Positions 1-14,338 of a DNA stretch of 64,000 nucleotides are shown here, piece by piece; position 1 is the first letter of the stretch; each line of letters starts with the position of its first letter. Position numbers and translations under genes: made by a program. The notes beneath the pieces were generated by a model. The model was not told where the DNA came from. It saw only the letters and a program-made list of their open reading frames with translations, and did not search any database. This stretch comes from Octopus sinensis (taxonomy: Eukaryota): assembly GCF_006345805.1 (NCBI RefSeq), contig NC_043001.1, forward strand, positions 62,310,001-62,374,000, in the 5' to 3' direction.

Positions 1-99
1 CAAAAATCCCCTACCTTATGGGAATAATACATCTTGAAGTTAGCTTTTACACCTTGATCCACTGGCTAGAACAAACAAGTTGTATTCTAAGGGATATCT

Positions 100-936
100 T
101 CTACTCTCAAATTAGGAGAAAGCTCATTTAAGTTCACTAGGTAGTTTGATGTCTTGTCTAAAATGAGCAATATTTTATTGGCACTGTATCTTTCTACAGT
201 AGACAAAAATGTTTGCAAATCATTCTTAGTCATCTATGCTTTCTTATTTGAATGCCAAATCAGAAGCAAATTCAAGTTTTGCACTTCAATTTTTGGAGTG
301 ATACACGAGTCGGGGACTTGAATTTTATATCACCAGAGACATTTTCTCTTAGAAACTTGATGATTCTTGGAAACTTTACACCTTGATGTTGACTTTTCTT
401 CTTGAGAAATAAAAGTTCTAGCAGGTAAGCACTTCCAGAAAAGTGCAGTTTCATCAGTATTGTAAACTTCTGGTATGTAGCCCTCTCCAGTAACCATTTT
501 TTTTTCAGCAGCTTGGAATAATTAGCAGCAGCTTCAGTCTCAGCACTGGCAGCTTCTCCAGTTAATTTTAGGTAGTGTAAATTCAAGCACTTCTTCAACC
601 TTTCAAATCAGTCTTTACTAGTCAGAAAAGGTTTTTATTAGAAGTTACCCCTTACTTTCTCTGAAAATACTCATACAAACTTCTTGCATTTTTTAAAATT
701 ACTATGTGTTTATTGACACCATGTGTTGAGCCTTACCATCTACCCAAACAAAAAATAAGATCTGAACAGTTAACAGAGTATTGTTTTTGAACACTTGACT
801 TAATTTTCTCCCTATTGTCACATATTATTCCAGGTGTTGATGTTACAAACTTTTGTTTTGGAAATGTGGCTGGCTTTTTCACCTGTATGAAGACTTTTTC
901 AAACATCAAGTTTAGTATCCAGTACAATTTTTTCAT
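100..936 (-). mobile_element. pogo/Tigger (TIGD1-like) transposase remnant
   Basis: Frameshifted peptides KLTGEAASAETEAAANY, VYNTDETALFWKCLPARTFIS, plus an N-terminal HTH-like segment (733-936). Confidence 0.75.
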
Positions 937-1039
937 GGTTCATTTTTAAACTACTTTCATTCTATTTTATGGTTTCTTTCTAGACATCCTGAATTGTAGG
1001 TATTTACTTACAATGGAACTGTAAGTAAATCCAACGGTC

Positions 1040-1345
1040 ATAGCAAGTTACTTAGTGATCCTGTCAGTGCTGGTGCCACATAAAAAGTATCCTGGTGGTT
1101 GGTGTTTGGAAGGGCATCCAGTTGTAGAAACCATGCCAAAACAGACTTTGCTGGTGTTGGTGCCACATAAAAAGCTCTCAGTCCACTCTGTAAGGTGGTT
1201 GGTGTCAGGAAGGGCATCCAACCATAAAAACCAAGTCAAAACAGACAGTGAAACTTGGTGCAGTCTTCTGCCTATCCAGCTCCTGTCAAACCGTCCAACC
1301 CATGCCAGCATGGAAAACGAATGTTAAATGATGATGATGATGACA
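1040..1345 (+). mobile_element. Short retroposon copy with RTE-shared 3' tail and (GAT)n end
   Basis: ggaagggcatcc motif twice, ccgtccaacccatgccagcatgg..(gat)n tail that also ends the RTE copies in this window. Confidence 0.75.
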
Positions 1346-2334
1346 CACATACACACACACTGACAAACACATACACACTGAACATGGGCGATATACTTTT
1401 ATGGAAAGTAAGAAAGTTTACCATGAGAAAATGAAAGCGATAGACAAATAGAGAGAGGGAGGAAAGAGGGAGATCTTTTCTGTTGCTGTCATAGATTTTG
1501 AAATTTTAAAATTAAGTGAAAATTTGATATATTGATGTACTTTTTCACAATGAATCTGAGTTTGTGATTCATTCATTTCTAAAAAGAAATTAAGGAAAAG
1601 TTAGAGAGGTTTGAAGTTTGATTATTTTTACCCAATCAGAAAACAGGATTTGTACATAACAGCTATGATAAAAGACTAGGTTTTAAACAAAACAAAAATA
1701 ATGTGTGAGCATTAATACATACACAGTGTCAAAGGGTAAATATATATATCTCTATATATATTTTATATAAATTGGTGAAAGGTAGTGAGAGATTTGTCCC
1801 CCACTTCCTCTTATATACTCAGGTTTCACCAATCAATGCATTCCCCACCCACACATTCTTTGCATTCATGTGAAGTCCATACTTCCTTACTCATGCACCA
1901 TTGTTGGATTTATCTACAATTCCATGATCACTGATTTCCCCAATTTCTTTTTTAAAACCTTCAAGGCTTTTCCTATCATTCTAAGTGCATAGTGCAAATA
2001 AATATTGGCCAAAATTGGTACTGTGTGGCAGGGTGAAAAAAATTCATAAATAAATTTTTTAATTTTTTGTTTTTTACTGAATAAGCATTTCTCATTGTTT
2101 TCAAGAACGTAGAGCAAAAAAGGTGGACAAAATCAACCCAGAAACAGGGGAGGGGGATCCATAAATTTTCAAAAAAATTTTTCATTAAAAGTTTCCCTAC
2201 CCATCATTTGCAAGGGTGCAGTGAAAAGAAAATTTGAAAAATCACCAGCAAAATGGAGAAAATTCAACATATGTGGGTATGCTATTCCCAAAGTTCACCA
2301 AGTCATTCTATTGTGAATATTACCTGGCAACAAT

Positions 2335-3385
2335 GGGTGTAAAAAGTAAGCAATGTTTTGAACCATGAAGAATTTGTACCAGATTTTTGCAGTTTTGAAT
2401 TATTTTTTAAACATTTTCTTGAAACTGCCCAATAATACAGACATAGACTTGCCCAAATGCATCAATAAATTAACATTGATATTTTTTTCACTGTTATTAC
2501 AATCATCTGAAACGGAACTGTCAAAGCATGATATTCAAGCAATTTTGTTATTCAACTTCAAAAACGGACGTAAAGCAGCTGAAACTGTTTGCGATATCAA
2601 CGAAACATTTGGTAAAGAAATGACCAGTGAGTGGTTAGCTCAAAAGTGGTTTTAATGATTTCACAGTAGAGACTTGAACCTTGAAGATCATGAGCATAGT
2701 GAACGCCCATTTGTCATTGATGACAGTCAATTAAAGACCATCATTGAGAAAGATCCACATAAAACCACTCAAGAACTGGCAAAAGAATTTCAAGTTAACC
2801 GGAAAACCTTTCCTAAACCCAAGCTCTTCAAAAAGAAGGTTATGGTGACTGTTTGGTGGTGTACTGCTGGATTTAACCACTGTAACTTCTTAAAATCCGG
2901 AAAACCCATTAGTGCAGAAACATATTGCCATGAAATTGCCAAAATGAATGAAAAACTGTCTACTCCTCTGTCCCAGACAGGTCAACAGAAGAGGGCCAAT
3001 CATTTTTCATGACAATGCTCGACCACATGTTTCACCAATGACACTCCAGAAGTTGAGGGAATTTGGCTAAGAAGTTCTTCCCCACCCAGCTTATTCCTCA
3101 GACCTTTCTCCTTACAACTACCACTTTTTTGAGCACCTTGATAGTTTCCTGCTAGAGAAGAAGTTCAAAAATCAAACGGATGCTGACAGTGCGTTCAAAG
3201 AGTTCATCAGCTCCAGAACTCCAGATTTTTATGTTACTGGAATAAACAAACTTGTAACTTGTTGGCAAAAATGTGTTGATTGTAAGGGTATTTACTTTGA
3301 TGAATAAAATTTCTGCATTGTTGAAATATATTGTGATGAATTTCATGTTTCAAAATGTTGCTTACTTTTTATTCAGTCTGATATA
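2335..3385 (+). mobile_element. mariner element, internally deleted
   Basis: HTH (FKNGRKAAETVCDINETFG), KKVMVTVWW, HDNARPH, YSSDLSPYNYHFF, WQKCVDCKGIYF; matching terminal repeats aaaaagtaagcaa(t/c)(g/a)ttttgaa at both ends; first catalytic-Asp region missing. Confidence 0.9.
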
Positions 3386-3431
3386 TAAAAACCATAAAAA
3401 GTCAGGAGGTATGAGCAGTGAATATATTTAA

Positions 3432-3803
3432 CCACTTGTCATCCTTAGGATTACAGCCATTTCACAGCCTTCTCCATGTAATAATAATTTCAGCATATAA
3501 TAAATTATGCTTACATGTCTGCACTAATATGCATGCTACACATTATACAATATTTTATATTCATAAATCAATGCAGATAAAGAAAGTTAGCTCATCAGAT
3601 CACAACAACATCATGGTTACACCAGTGATTCAGTTCTAATGAGCTACTTTTCTTTATCTACATTGATTTATGAATATAAAATAGTTTTGTATAATGTGTA
3701 GCATGCATATTAGTGCAAATATGTAAACAGTTTATGATATGCTGAAATTATTATAACATGAAGAAGGCTGCGAAATGGCTGTAATCCTAAGGACGACTAG
3801 TGG
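3432..3803. mobile_element. Fold-back MITE, TTAA-flanked (piggyBac-like termini CCAC..GTGG)
   Basis: About 170-bp inverted arms around a short loop; TTAA at 3428-3431 and 3804-3807. Confidence 0.75.
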
Positions 3804-4535
3804 TTAAACATATTTACCTCTCATACCTCCACACTTTTTACTGTTTATATACTCCTCATGAAATAATTTCATCAATTGGATCTCTTGAATTTCAGCTGCA
3901 TGGAATTCTGCATTATATTCCTCTATATTGGAAATACTATGTGGTCTGTTTGTTAGCTGAGACTACTAGGGGAGCTTTCTTTAATAACCACACAAATTTA
4001 TCAATCCATATATTGCACAACACACTGATAGATAAATGAGTGGATGGATGAATAGATATTCATTGCGATCCAAGAAAATATACACAGATATTCAGTGAAA
4101 TATTCCACCTGATATCTTGCATGTATGTTTGCATGTAAGTATTGTGATTATAGTTTTTTCAAATTAAAATTATCTATACATTGATCTTAGCTATTGACTT
4201 CACAATTTGCCTAAGAGCTAAATCTTGTAACCTGAAGTTATATTTTGCAGTATTTCCTTGCCTTTTCTCAGCACTAAGAGACAGCAAAAGTTGTTTAAAA
4301 AAAAAAAAAACTTATGGGGAAATATATATATATATTTCGATGGGTGAATGAATTATCCTATGTTTACCATCAACATGGAAAATTCGATGAACCGATACCA
4401 GAGTAGCAAATTCACGTCAGAAACACGGTTGAAGCGACCTATTCAAAGGTAGAAACTCCAGGTTCATGTGCAGAAATTTGTGTTATATATATGAATAAAT
4501 AAATAAATGGAGTCGAACGAAGATGTTAATAAAAT

Positions 4536-4630
4536 TCCTTTACTTTCGACATATGTTTCGAAGACAACATGGTTTTATTCCAAAGGAATAAACGGTGTAA
4601 GATGCAATCTTCTCATCAGGAAAGAAAGGG
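4536..4630 (-). ncRNA. Type I hammerhead ribozyme (canonical core) in PLE pLTR
   Basis: CUGAUGA 4619-4613, stem II GAAGA/UCUUC, GAAAC 4559-4555, palindromic stem III ACAUAUGU, GUC cleavage triplet 4550-4548, stem I CUUUC/GAAAG extended by CCUUU/AAAGG. Confidence 0.85.
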
Positions 4631-5420
4631 AGCCTCTCTCAACAACAAGACAATATAATAATTACAATAACTGCCTACATGATAAACAAAACGTTAATAA
4701 GTGTTTAAAAAAAACTGTTAGTAGAATTGACGTCAAAGTTAGATCTCTGAGGACAACCCCAACAGAATTAAATTTTTGTCTAATAATTCTAAGATTAGGA
4801 ATTCTATATACCAGTGTAAAATTTCTTCCGGTACCGATGTCTTCTTCTATATAGGTGCATCCACTTCCCAGTTATCCAAGAGAATTTCAAACCATTATTC
4901 ATCATTTAGGGATAGCAAAAAACGACATAGTACAGGGCTAAGTAAATTAGTTTGGCGTCTTAAAGACAACAATATAGATTTTAAGTTAGATTGGTTCATA
5001 CTGTCTGTATCCTTTCCTTTTGATAAGGGCAGGAGATTTTGTAACATTTGCAACTCTGAACTCTTCCATATTCTCTTCTCTAAGGATCCCCTTGTAAACA
5101 CACATTTGTACGAGAAATCGTACAAATGTAAACACTGGCAGAAACATACATTTTACTCATATAAATGATTTCGATAGTCATAGTTTGAACAATTAGTTTA
5201 ACGTGCACTTCACTTCAATAGAGAAATCCTTTCCTAAGCCTTTGAACATTCTTTTAATCAACGTACCCCTCCCTCTCTATTTTTCCTTTAACCCTTCTCT
5301 TCCTACTATCTAACTTTGATGTCAATTCTACTAACGGTTTTTTTTAAACACTTATTAACCTTTTATTTATCATGTAGGCAGTCATTGTAATTATTATATT
5401 GTCTTGTTGTTGAGAGAGGC

Positions 5421-5516
5421 TCCCTTTCTTTCCTGATGAGAAGATTGCATCTTACACTGTTTATTCCTTTGGAATAAAACCATGTTGTCTTCAAAACATA
5501 TGTCGAAAGTAAAAGA
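5421..5516 (+). ncRNA. Hammerhead ribozyme copy with G12A core substitution (probably inactive)
   Basis: Inverted twin of 4536-4630; CUGAUGA at 5433-5439 but C-AAAAC at 5492-5497 instead of C-GAAAC. Confidence 0.7.
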
Positions 5517-5859
5517 ATTTTATTAACATCTTCATTCAACTCCATTTATTTATTTATTCATTTATATATATATAACACACACACAAATAGGCATGTATTT
5601 AAATTTATAAATAAAATGTACACATTTAAAGGACAAGAGGAATCCTGCTAATTAGTGGTGCCACTGGTGGAAGAAATGGGGAAGGAAAATACAAGGACCC
5701 CTATCACTCTCTGCAACCAAGTTTTATGATTATTAATGACGAGAAATTTTTTAATGGTAATATTTCTACATTTTATATCATTACAACTTAATGAGATAAA
5801 ATGCATGCATAATATGAATCAGTAATGCCTGTAAATCAATAAGAAAATTCAGTAGGTGC

Positions 5860-6770
5860 TAGGTAGACTATACAAGAAATGAGGGAGACAGAAAGACTAC
5901 TGAGGAATTCTATCACATATTAAAAGGAAAAACAATTCATGCACTTTATCTTTGACAAAGACCATATCAAGAGTGAAACACACACTGACACACACAAACT
6001 TCTTCAGTTTTTCTCTATCTATTTCACTCACAAGATATTGGTCAACTTGCAGCTGTAATACAGAATGCCAGCTGATAGCATACATGCAATGAAAAACCTT
6101 AACCATGTGATTCTGAGAAGTTCAAAGCAGGAGGGAGATGAAGACATTCATAGATGAAATAAGGAATTCCAACAAGACAGTCTGCTGTAAGATACAGACT
6201 ATATCTGTGGCTAGTATAAAGCTCCAGCCAGAAAGAAGCTAACATAGTGATGAAATAATACATATCACAGAGATAGTTCTAGAAAGCAAAGAACACAATC
6301 AACTAACTAAAAGAGAAACTAAGTGTCAAGTGTATTCAACAGCATCGCTATTTACCAAAGCAATATAGCAAAGAGAATCAAAATACCATTGAGAAGATGT
6401 TTGTCACTAGTCAAAAAATGCTGCTATTAGATATTAAATGAAGATAGTGAATAAAAATAGAGGGCCTACTCCAACAGAGGAATCAGCCATCTAAGCTGAT
6501 GGCTTTATAGTTTAAAGCATGATAAAGAAAAAGCAAATAGAGTGACATCAAACTGATGGACCAGGTCATGAAAGATACTAAACAAGCTACAGCACAACTG
6601 ATTAGGAGCTAGAAATAACCTAAATGAGATGCAGTGATGTAACTACAAGAGAATTACTTAGTAAAGAGTAAGCTTGTGTAAGAAGTGCAATGTTGCATGG
6701 TAGCAGGAGAGTAGCCTTGAGAGTAGAATTATGAAGGCTGGAAAGAAATAAGCATGCTCTGCTGAAAATA
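5860..6770 (+). mobile_element. Old RTE LINE remnant
   Basis: Degenerate EEFY (APE) and IKLMDQVMK..AQLIR..NLNEMQ segments matching the younger RTE copies. Confidence 0.55.
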
Positions 6771-7509
6771 ACGTTATTGGCAATGATTACTTTCTTACCA
6801 TCACTCAGTTTTATTGCTATCCATCTCTCTCAATACACATATTTATGGTGATCCATCACTCTCCTCTCATACTACATCTTCCATCAACACTCTCTTCCTC
6901 ATCACTATCCTCTATCTTCATGACACCTCAACAAATTCTGAGTTAAACATACATTGGCAGAGATGCATAATAGCTACTCTTAAAATCCCCTGCTTATGTT
7001 TTTTATTCAATGTCATATTATAACAACCATCATGTCTCCTTCTCTCTCCTCAGTAACTCATTCTTCTATTACCCTCTCATACCTCTCTTTCTTGTTCTCT
7101 CCATTACTTCTAACCTCTTTTTTTTCTCATTCCCTTCTCACACAGCAGTGTAGGATAGAAAAGAATGAATTAGTGGAGAAAAGTAGAGGAGAGGGGACTC
7201 TTGCCAGTAGAATGACAATTTCTTTAGTGATGCTGCCATGATAAAATGCACTCAGTGAAGTGAGTGGCAATAGGAAGGGCATTCAGGCATAAAAACCATA
7301 CTAGAAATGTAAAGTACAAGTGAGGCATGGTCCTAACCTTTGAAGTTTGAGCAGTAACTCCAAATATGATGTGTCAAACAAGTGACAGCATGGAAAGCAG
7401 ATGTAAAATAGTTATGTTTCTAAACTATCATTGCATACACTTATTAAAGTAGAAAGTCAGCTGGAAATGGAAATGCCAGTTTTGAAACAAGCTTTCAACT
7501 TTCATGTCA

Positions 7510-7674
<165 letters not shown>

Positions 7675-8491
7675 CTATAAAAAATTGAAAACAAAGATTC
7701 AGATTCATAACAGAAATTTTCTTTTTCAAGGCTGTATTGAAATATAAACCACTGCAAATAATTCTAATTTAGATCTGTAGGAAATCTGGAATCTGATGGC
7801 TATGTGGTTAAGAAATTTGCTTTACAACCATGGAGCTTTAGGTTCCATCCTACTGTGCAGCCTGTGGGCTAGTGCCTTCTACCACAGGCTTCTAAATGAA
7901 ATTTAATAGACAGAAATTATGTAAGAGTTATGTAAGTATGTATGTATCAGTGAAGGATAGCTGATAAATTTGTCCATCAAACAAAAATGCCCCTCTATAC
8001 GAACCAAGAATTGATTTATTTTAGAGATTCTCTTTCAATTAAAATTCTAAAAGTCTGGCATGACTACAGTCCAAAGACTGATAAAAGCATAAAAGATAAA
8101 TATTTTAGTATAAAGATGAAATTAGCTCAAAAATTTGTTTATTCATGTATTATGCAACTGGAGCATAACATAAACTATGTTTCATATTCTTCTAAGCAAG
8201 GGATTACTTTCATTTCTAATAAATCACACACACACACACACATATATATATAAGTATATGTGATTTATATATGCATTTCAAAATGTAACCACATGTGAAT
8301 TGTCGGTGATTTTCTTCCTCTGCCTTCCTTTCTATTGGACTTTCCTCTGTTTCTAAAGAGCATTGCTCGAAATGTTAAGCCATCTTTCTTTCCTTCCCAG
8401 AACATCTGCTAATACTTTACCAGTACCTCGACCTCGTGTTGTTGTTTTTTGTTTGTTGTTGTTCTTTTTTTAGATTTACTATATATATATA

Positions 8492-9160
<669 letters not shown>

Positions 9161-11740
9161 TCATGTCATCATCTAATATTATAACTAATTTCTGTGTGTC
9201 ACACATTAATCCCCTCTTTCACTATTCAATGACACTCCTACAATTCCTCATGATGGGGTAAGAGTAATAGTAGACATAGAGACAGCGAGGGCAGTGGTGA
9301 AGACAGAGAGAGAGAGAGAAAGAAAAAGACAGGGAGGGTGGTAGTGGAAGTAACAATAAGAGAGAGAAAGAGTGAGATGATGTACAACTTTGTTAAACCA
9401 TGTCTATTTGACAGAAATTCCTGTGGCCAACATACTGACCAGCATACTGAAAACTATCATTTTTGTTTTGTCTTTTGCTTGGCACTTTAAGGGGAAAAAA
9501 TGCTTTTAATGATGACTGTACCCCATTCTATTTTCATTGTTTTCCCCATCCTTGAACTCATGTCTCATGCCAGTAACTATACAACAGGGGAAAAAACTAA
9601 CTAAATAAATAAATGGTAAAAAAATTTCAAATTGAAAAGAAATCCCTCCCCCTCCTGCTCTCTACCTATCTGTCTGTCTGTCTGACTATCCATCTATTTA
9701 TCTCCATTGTCCTGGAACCTCACACCAAAATTAAACATCTATATCTTCTACCATAAATATCTGAAAATCATGAAGACAAATGTTTTTGCTTTATTATGAT
9801 ATAAAAATCCATGGGGGTAGGTCAGATAATTGTTATGGAATATAAAAGTGAAGATTTTTATCATTAATTTTCACTTTGAAAAGTGTAGACTTTTTTTTTC
9901 AAGATCTTTATATCATAAGGGAAAAAATTTCTCACAAATTCAATATGGTCATTGTTAAATCTAGCCATCATATGGCAAAAAAAAGCAAAGCCGACAAAAA
10001 GGGTGGTATACTGATATACTTCCCAAAACTAACATATTTGCATATGACAAGAGGTCAAATGGAATACAAATCCAAGGCTAAATTGAGTTTAATAAGTCTT
10101 CTAGAGCCCAAACTTAGCATGGAATCATTGTATTGAGAATGTTTATTTCCTCTCGCTGTTTTAACACATGGAGGGCTGGATGGGTAAACCTAGCAAGATA
10201 TTCTTGTACATGTAAATTTCGTCTTTCTTTGAGAAATATTGGTCAAATTCTGCCAATAAAAATTATATTATGCAATGAATATAATTTTGTACACTATTAA
10301 AGTCAGATGCGATTTTTTTTGATTTTGAATACAGTCAGGATAATTTGTGTTAGTGTTTACATATTTGTGGGGGTGGGGGTCTCTCTCCAACTAACAAGTT
10401 TGCTATAAACTACAGATGTTTTTAATGTCTTTATATTTTTAAAGCAAGGAATTAGATTTCACATTTTGTTTGTTTTTTAATCTAGGTCTACATGCAATTC
10501 TGAGAAACATATTAGGTGGTCGTAGGATGTGCTAGAAACACCAGCTAAATCTCCCTTAAACCACACACCATTCCATTTGAAAATATTTTCAATTTTTTTT
10601 TTCTTTCTTAACCAAAAAGGCTTCTCTCATCGTTTTTTAAGTGTATAGTACAAACAAAATTGACCAAAATTGGTCCAGGTGGGTAGGAGGAGAGAGGAAG
10701 GGGGAATCCTAAATTAAAAAAAAAAAATTTTTATAGAAAGCTTTACCCCCATCATTTCCAAGATCATGATGCAAAACAATTGGGAAAATCCAACTTATGT
10801 GGACATCCTAATCTGAAATTCAACTATTTATTGCCATTTTTAATAGTTCATTAACATTTTATTGAAATGGTGTCAATTCCCAAAATCTCATGATTTTTTT
10901 TTACCTCCATACCTATTACAAATATGCCAAAACTCAAGTTTCTGTGGCCTGTGTTTTTGGATTTGGCTAGGTCTTAAAACGCTGCAAAATCAACCATTTG
11001 TTGCATGTAACAAAATAAGCTTTACATAAATATCTAAAAAATTGCCAAACAAAAAATTCTTTCCAAGAACCTAAAAAAAAGTTAGGCAACTGCTATACCA
11101 TGGTCACTATTAATTTATGTAACTTGAAGATGATTATCACCTCAGTTTCAAAGATATGACATCACAAATATGGCTAATTATTCATTTAGGCCAATTAGGC
11201 AAGATTTCAAACAATTTGCTAACTACTGAAATTGTCATATTTCCTAAAATATTCATCCAAATTTCACAAATGATGTTTCAAAATGTTTCTCTTTAGATGC
11301 TCTCAAACAAAAAATACAGCAAAAATTACAATGTTAATACCAGTTCAAATATGCCAGGAGCATGTTCAGACTTGTAAACAAGTCAGTCACTGTGTTTTGT
11401 CATGGAGAAAATTTCTCACTGTAGACAAATGGTGTAAAATACAACCAAGTAGAAATTACATTTAAATATTTTCAAAACTTCATAGTGATAGCTATTATAA
11501 TAGGCTATATCAACTGCTCTAATTAATAACTTCTGAAACATCATGTCTTTTGAATAAATGTAATGATTTCTAAATCATAAAATTGTTTGTAATATAGAAT
11601 TATGAGAAAGAAAATTAAAAGTTTATGACTTTCCTTGAAAATATTAGTGACTCCAGTAAAATAGCTTTAACCAGAAATTGTATATGGTTATTTTGTGGTG
11701 GTATTTTAGCCGCATTCAGATTTCGTATTATTAAATTTTA

Positions 11741-11959
<219 letters not shown>

Positions 11960-12018
11960 TCAGAAATGAAATTCCTAATATATCTTTAAAATATCTTTAA
12001 TATCTTTCTAATATATAT

Positions 12019-12232
12019 TCTTTTACTTGTTTCAGTCATTTGACTGCGGCTATGCTGGAGCACCGCCTTTAGTCGAGCAAATCGACCCCAGGACTTATTC
12101 TTTGTAAGCCCAGTACTTATTCTATCGGTCTCTTTTGCCGAACCGCTAAGTGACGGGGACGTAAACACACCAGCATCGGTTGTCAAGCAATGCTAGAGGG
12201 ACAAACACAGACACACAAACATATACATACAC

Positions 12233-12265
<33 letters not shown>

Positions 12266-12406
12266 TACAACAGGCTTCTTTCAGTTTCCGTCTACCAAAT
12301 CCACTCACAAGGCATTGGTCGGCCCGGGGCTATAGCAGAAGACATTTGCCCAAGATGCCATGCAGTGGGACTGAACCCAGAACCATGTGGCTGGTTAGCA
12401 AGCTAC
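12019..12406 (-). mobile_element. tRNA-derived SINE, 5'-truncated
   Basis: Reverse complement of the 8492 copy lacking box A; flanking direct repeat atctttaaaatat at 11982-11994 and 12409-12421 (possible TSD). Confidence 0.9.
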
Positions 12407-13491
12407 AAATCTTTAAAATATGATCCCAAGACATCGTACTTTTCTTTTTTTGATGTGGCTAACAAACTGAAACAGATAACAAATCAAAGCATTTACCGTT
12501 AAGTGATATACTAAAAAGTCTTCAGTCAGCCATAGCTGTGAATTTTGCATTGCCTGGAACTATGAGCAAGAGTTGTCAACCATAGTCTTAGATTGATCAA
12601 AACATTGAGAGTGACATTCAGTAGACAGAGGGTAGAAGGCCATTGGAGGAACCATTCCTAATCTTGGCCAGTACACTTCATAAGTTAAGTTGTATGTGTC
12701 TATCTGTTTTCCCATTAATGTTTGTGCATAAATACATTATTTTCTATTTTCTAAGGAATAATTATATCTTTCTGTGTTGATAAAATAAAGATCAAAGATC
12801 TTCTATTTGGAGGGTTCCAGGACTCAGAAATGAACTGGAAGTGATTTTAAGCAAGAAGCATTTCTGCAGTACAATCAAATGTTTTCACAAAATTTGAATG
12901 TACACAAGCAGATTCTGAAATGTAATAATATTATATAGTGAAAGGTAATAGAAGTACTGAAGTAAACATTTAATGGTTTCATTCCCTTACCACCACCTCC
13001 TAACTGTTATTTAGGTCTAGGTCACTTCTGATCTAGCAGAACTCTGAACAGACATTCCATGTGTAACCATCCCATTCTTTCTCAGACAGTGTCTAAAACT
13101 ATATTTATCAAATGAGTCCAATCCACGCCAGCATGGACAACAGACGGTAAATGATGATGATGATGCGTCCTTTCCTTTTTTTTTTGTCAAATAGAATGGG
13201 ATGTTTAAAGGGGAACTTGCTTGCGGCAAGTCAAACAAAGGTGTCAGAGGCCCTCTTAACAACTGTGATCATTCATTTGCTAAGTTGTGTTCTTAGAACT
13301 CTCAAATTTTTCTTTAGTTTAACATCACTTTATGATACATATAATATAAACAACATACAATACTAATGAAATAACATTAATTTCAAAGTGATTGGTTTTA
13401 AAAAATCATTTTCCATCAACTGTTTATCATAATTAGATTCACATTTAACATAAGCTAAGATATATAATACAATACTAATATTTGACACTCA

Positions 13492-13683
<192 letters not shown>

Positions 13684-13917
13684 CTATTAGCAGACATCAA
13701 GGTCACTATCACTTCTCCCAGGTTACTGTAAATGTACAGACTATACTGGTAGTGATTCCTGATTTACACAGCATGGAATGTTTTTTGTTCTTCCCCTACA
13801 TATTAAATTATCAAAACAAAACTTATGCACAATACATTGACTAGAAAATGAAGGGGAAAAAAACACTATAATTCAATTCTACTTTTGCATGAAAATATAT
13901 ATTATTCTACACTGTCA

Positions 13918-14307
<390 letters not shown>

Positions 14308-14338
14308 TTAATTATCTCTATAATGATCCGGTACAACA

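Larger units (their letters stand above)
4481..5577 (+). mobile_element. Penelope-like remnant: GIY-YIG endonuclease fragment between inverted pLTRs
   Basis: ORF 4776-5168 with IYQC..YIG..RISNHYSSFR..TGLS..W..CNIC; inverted repeats 4481-4744 and 5308-5577. Confidence 0.85.

Noticed and set aside
4380-4470. CGATGA...GAAACACGGTT hammerhead-like spacing
   Set aside because: Core incomplete, and stems I and II do not pair.
8340-8390. Hammerhead-like CTAAAGAG-cattg-CTC-GAAATGTTA on the plus strand
   Set aside because: Two core substitutions and no convincing stem I; at most a dead solo pLTR.
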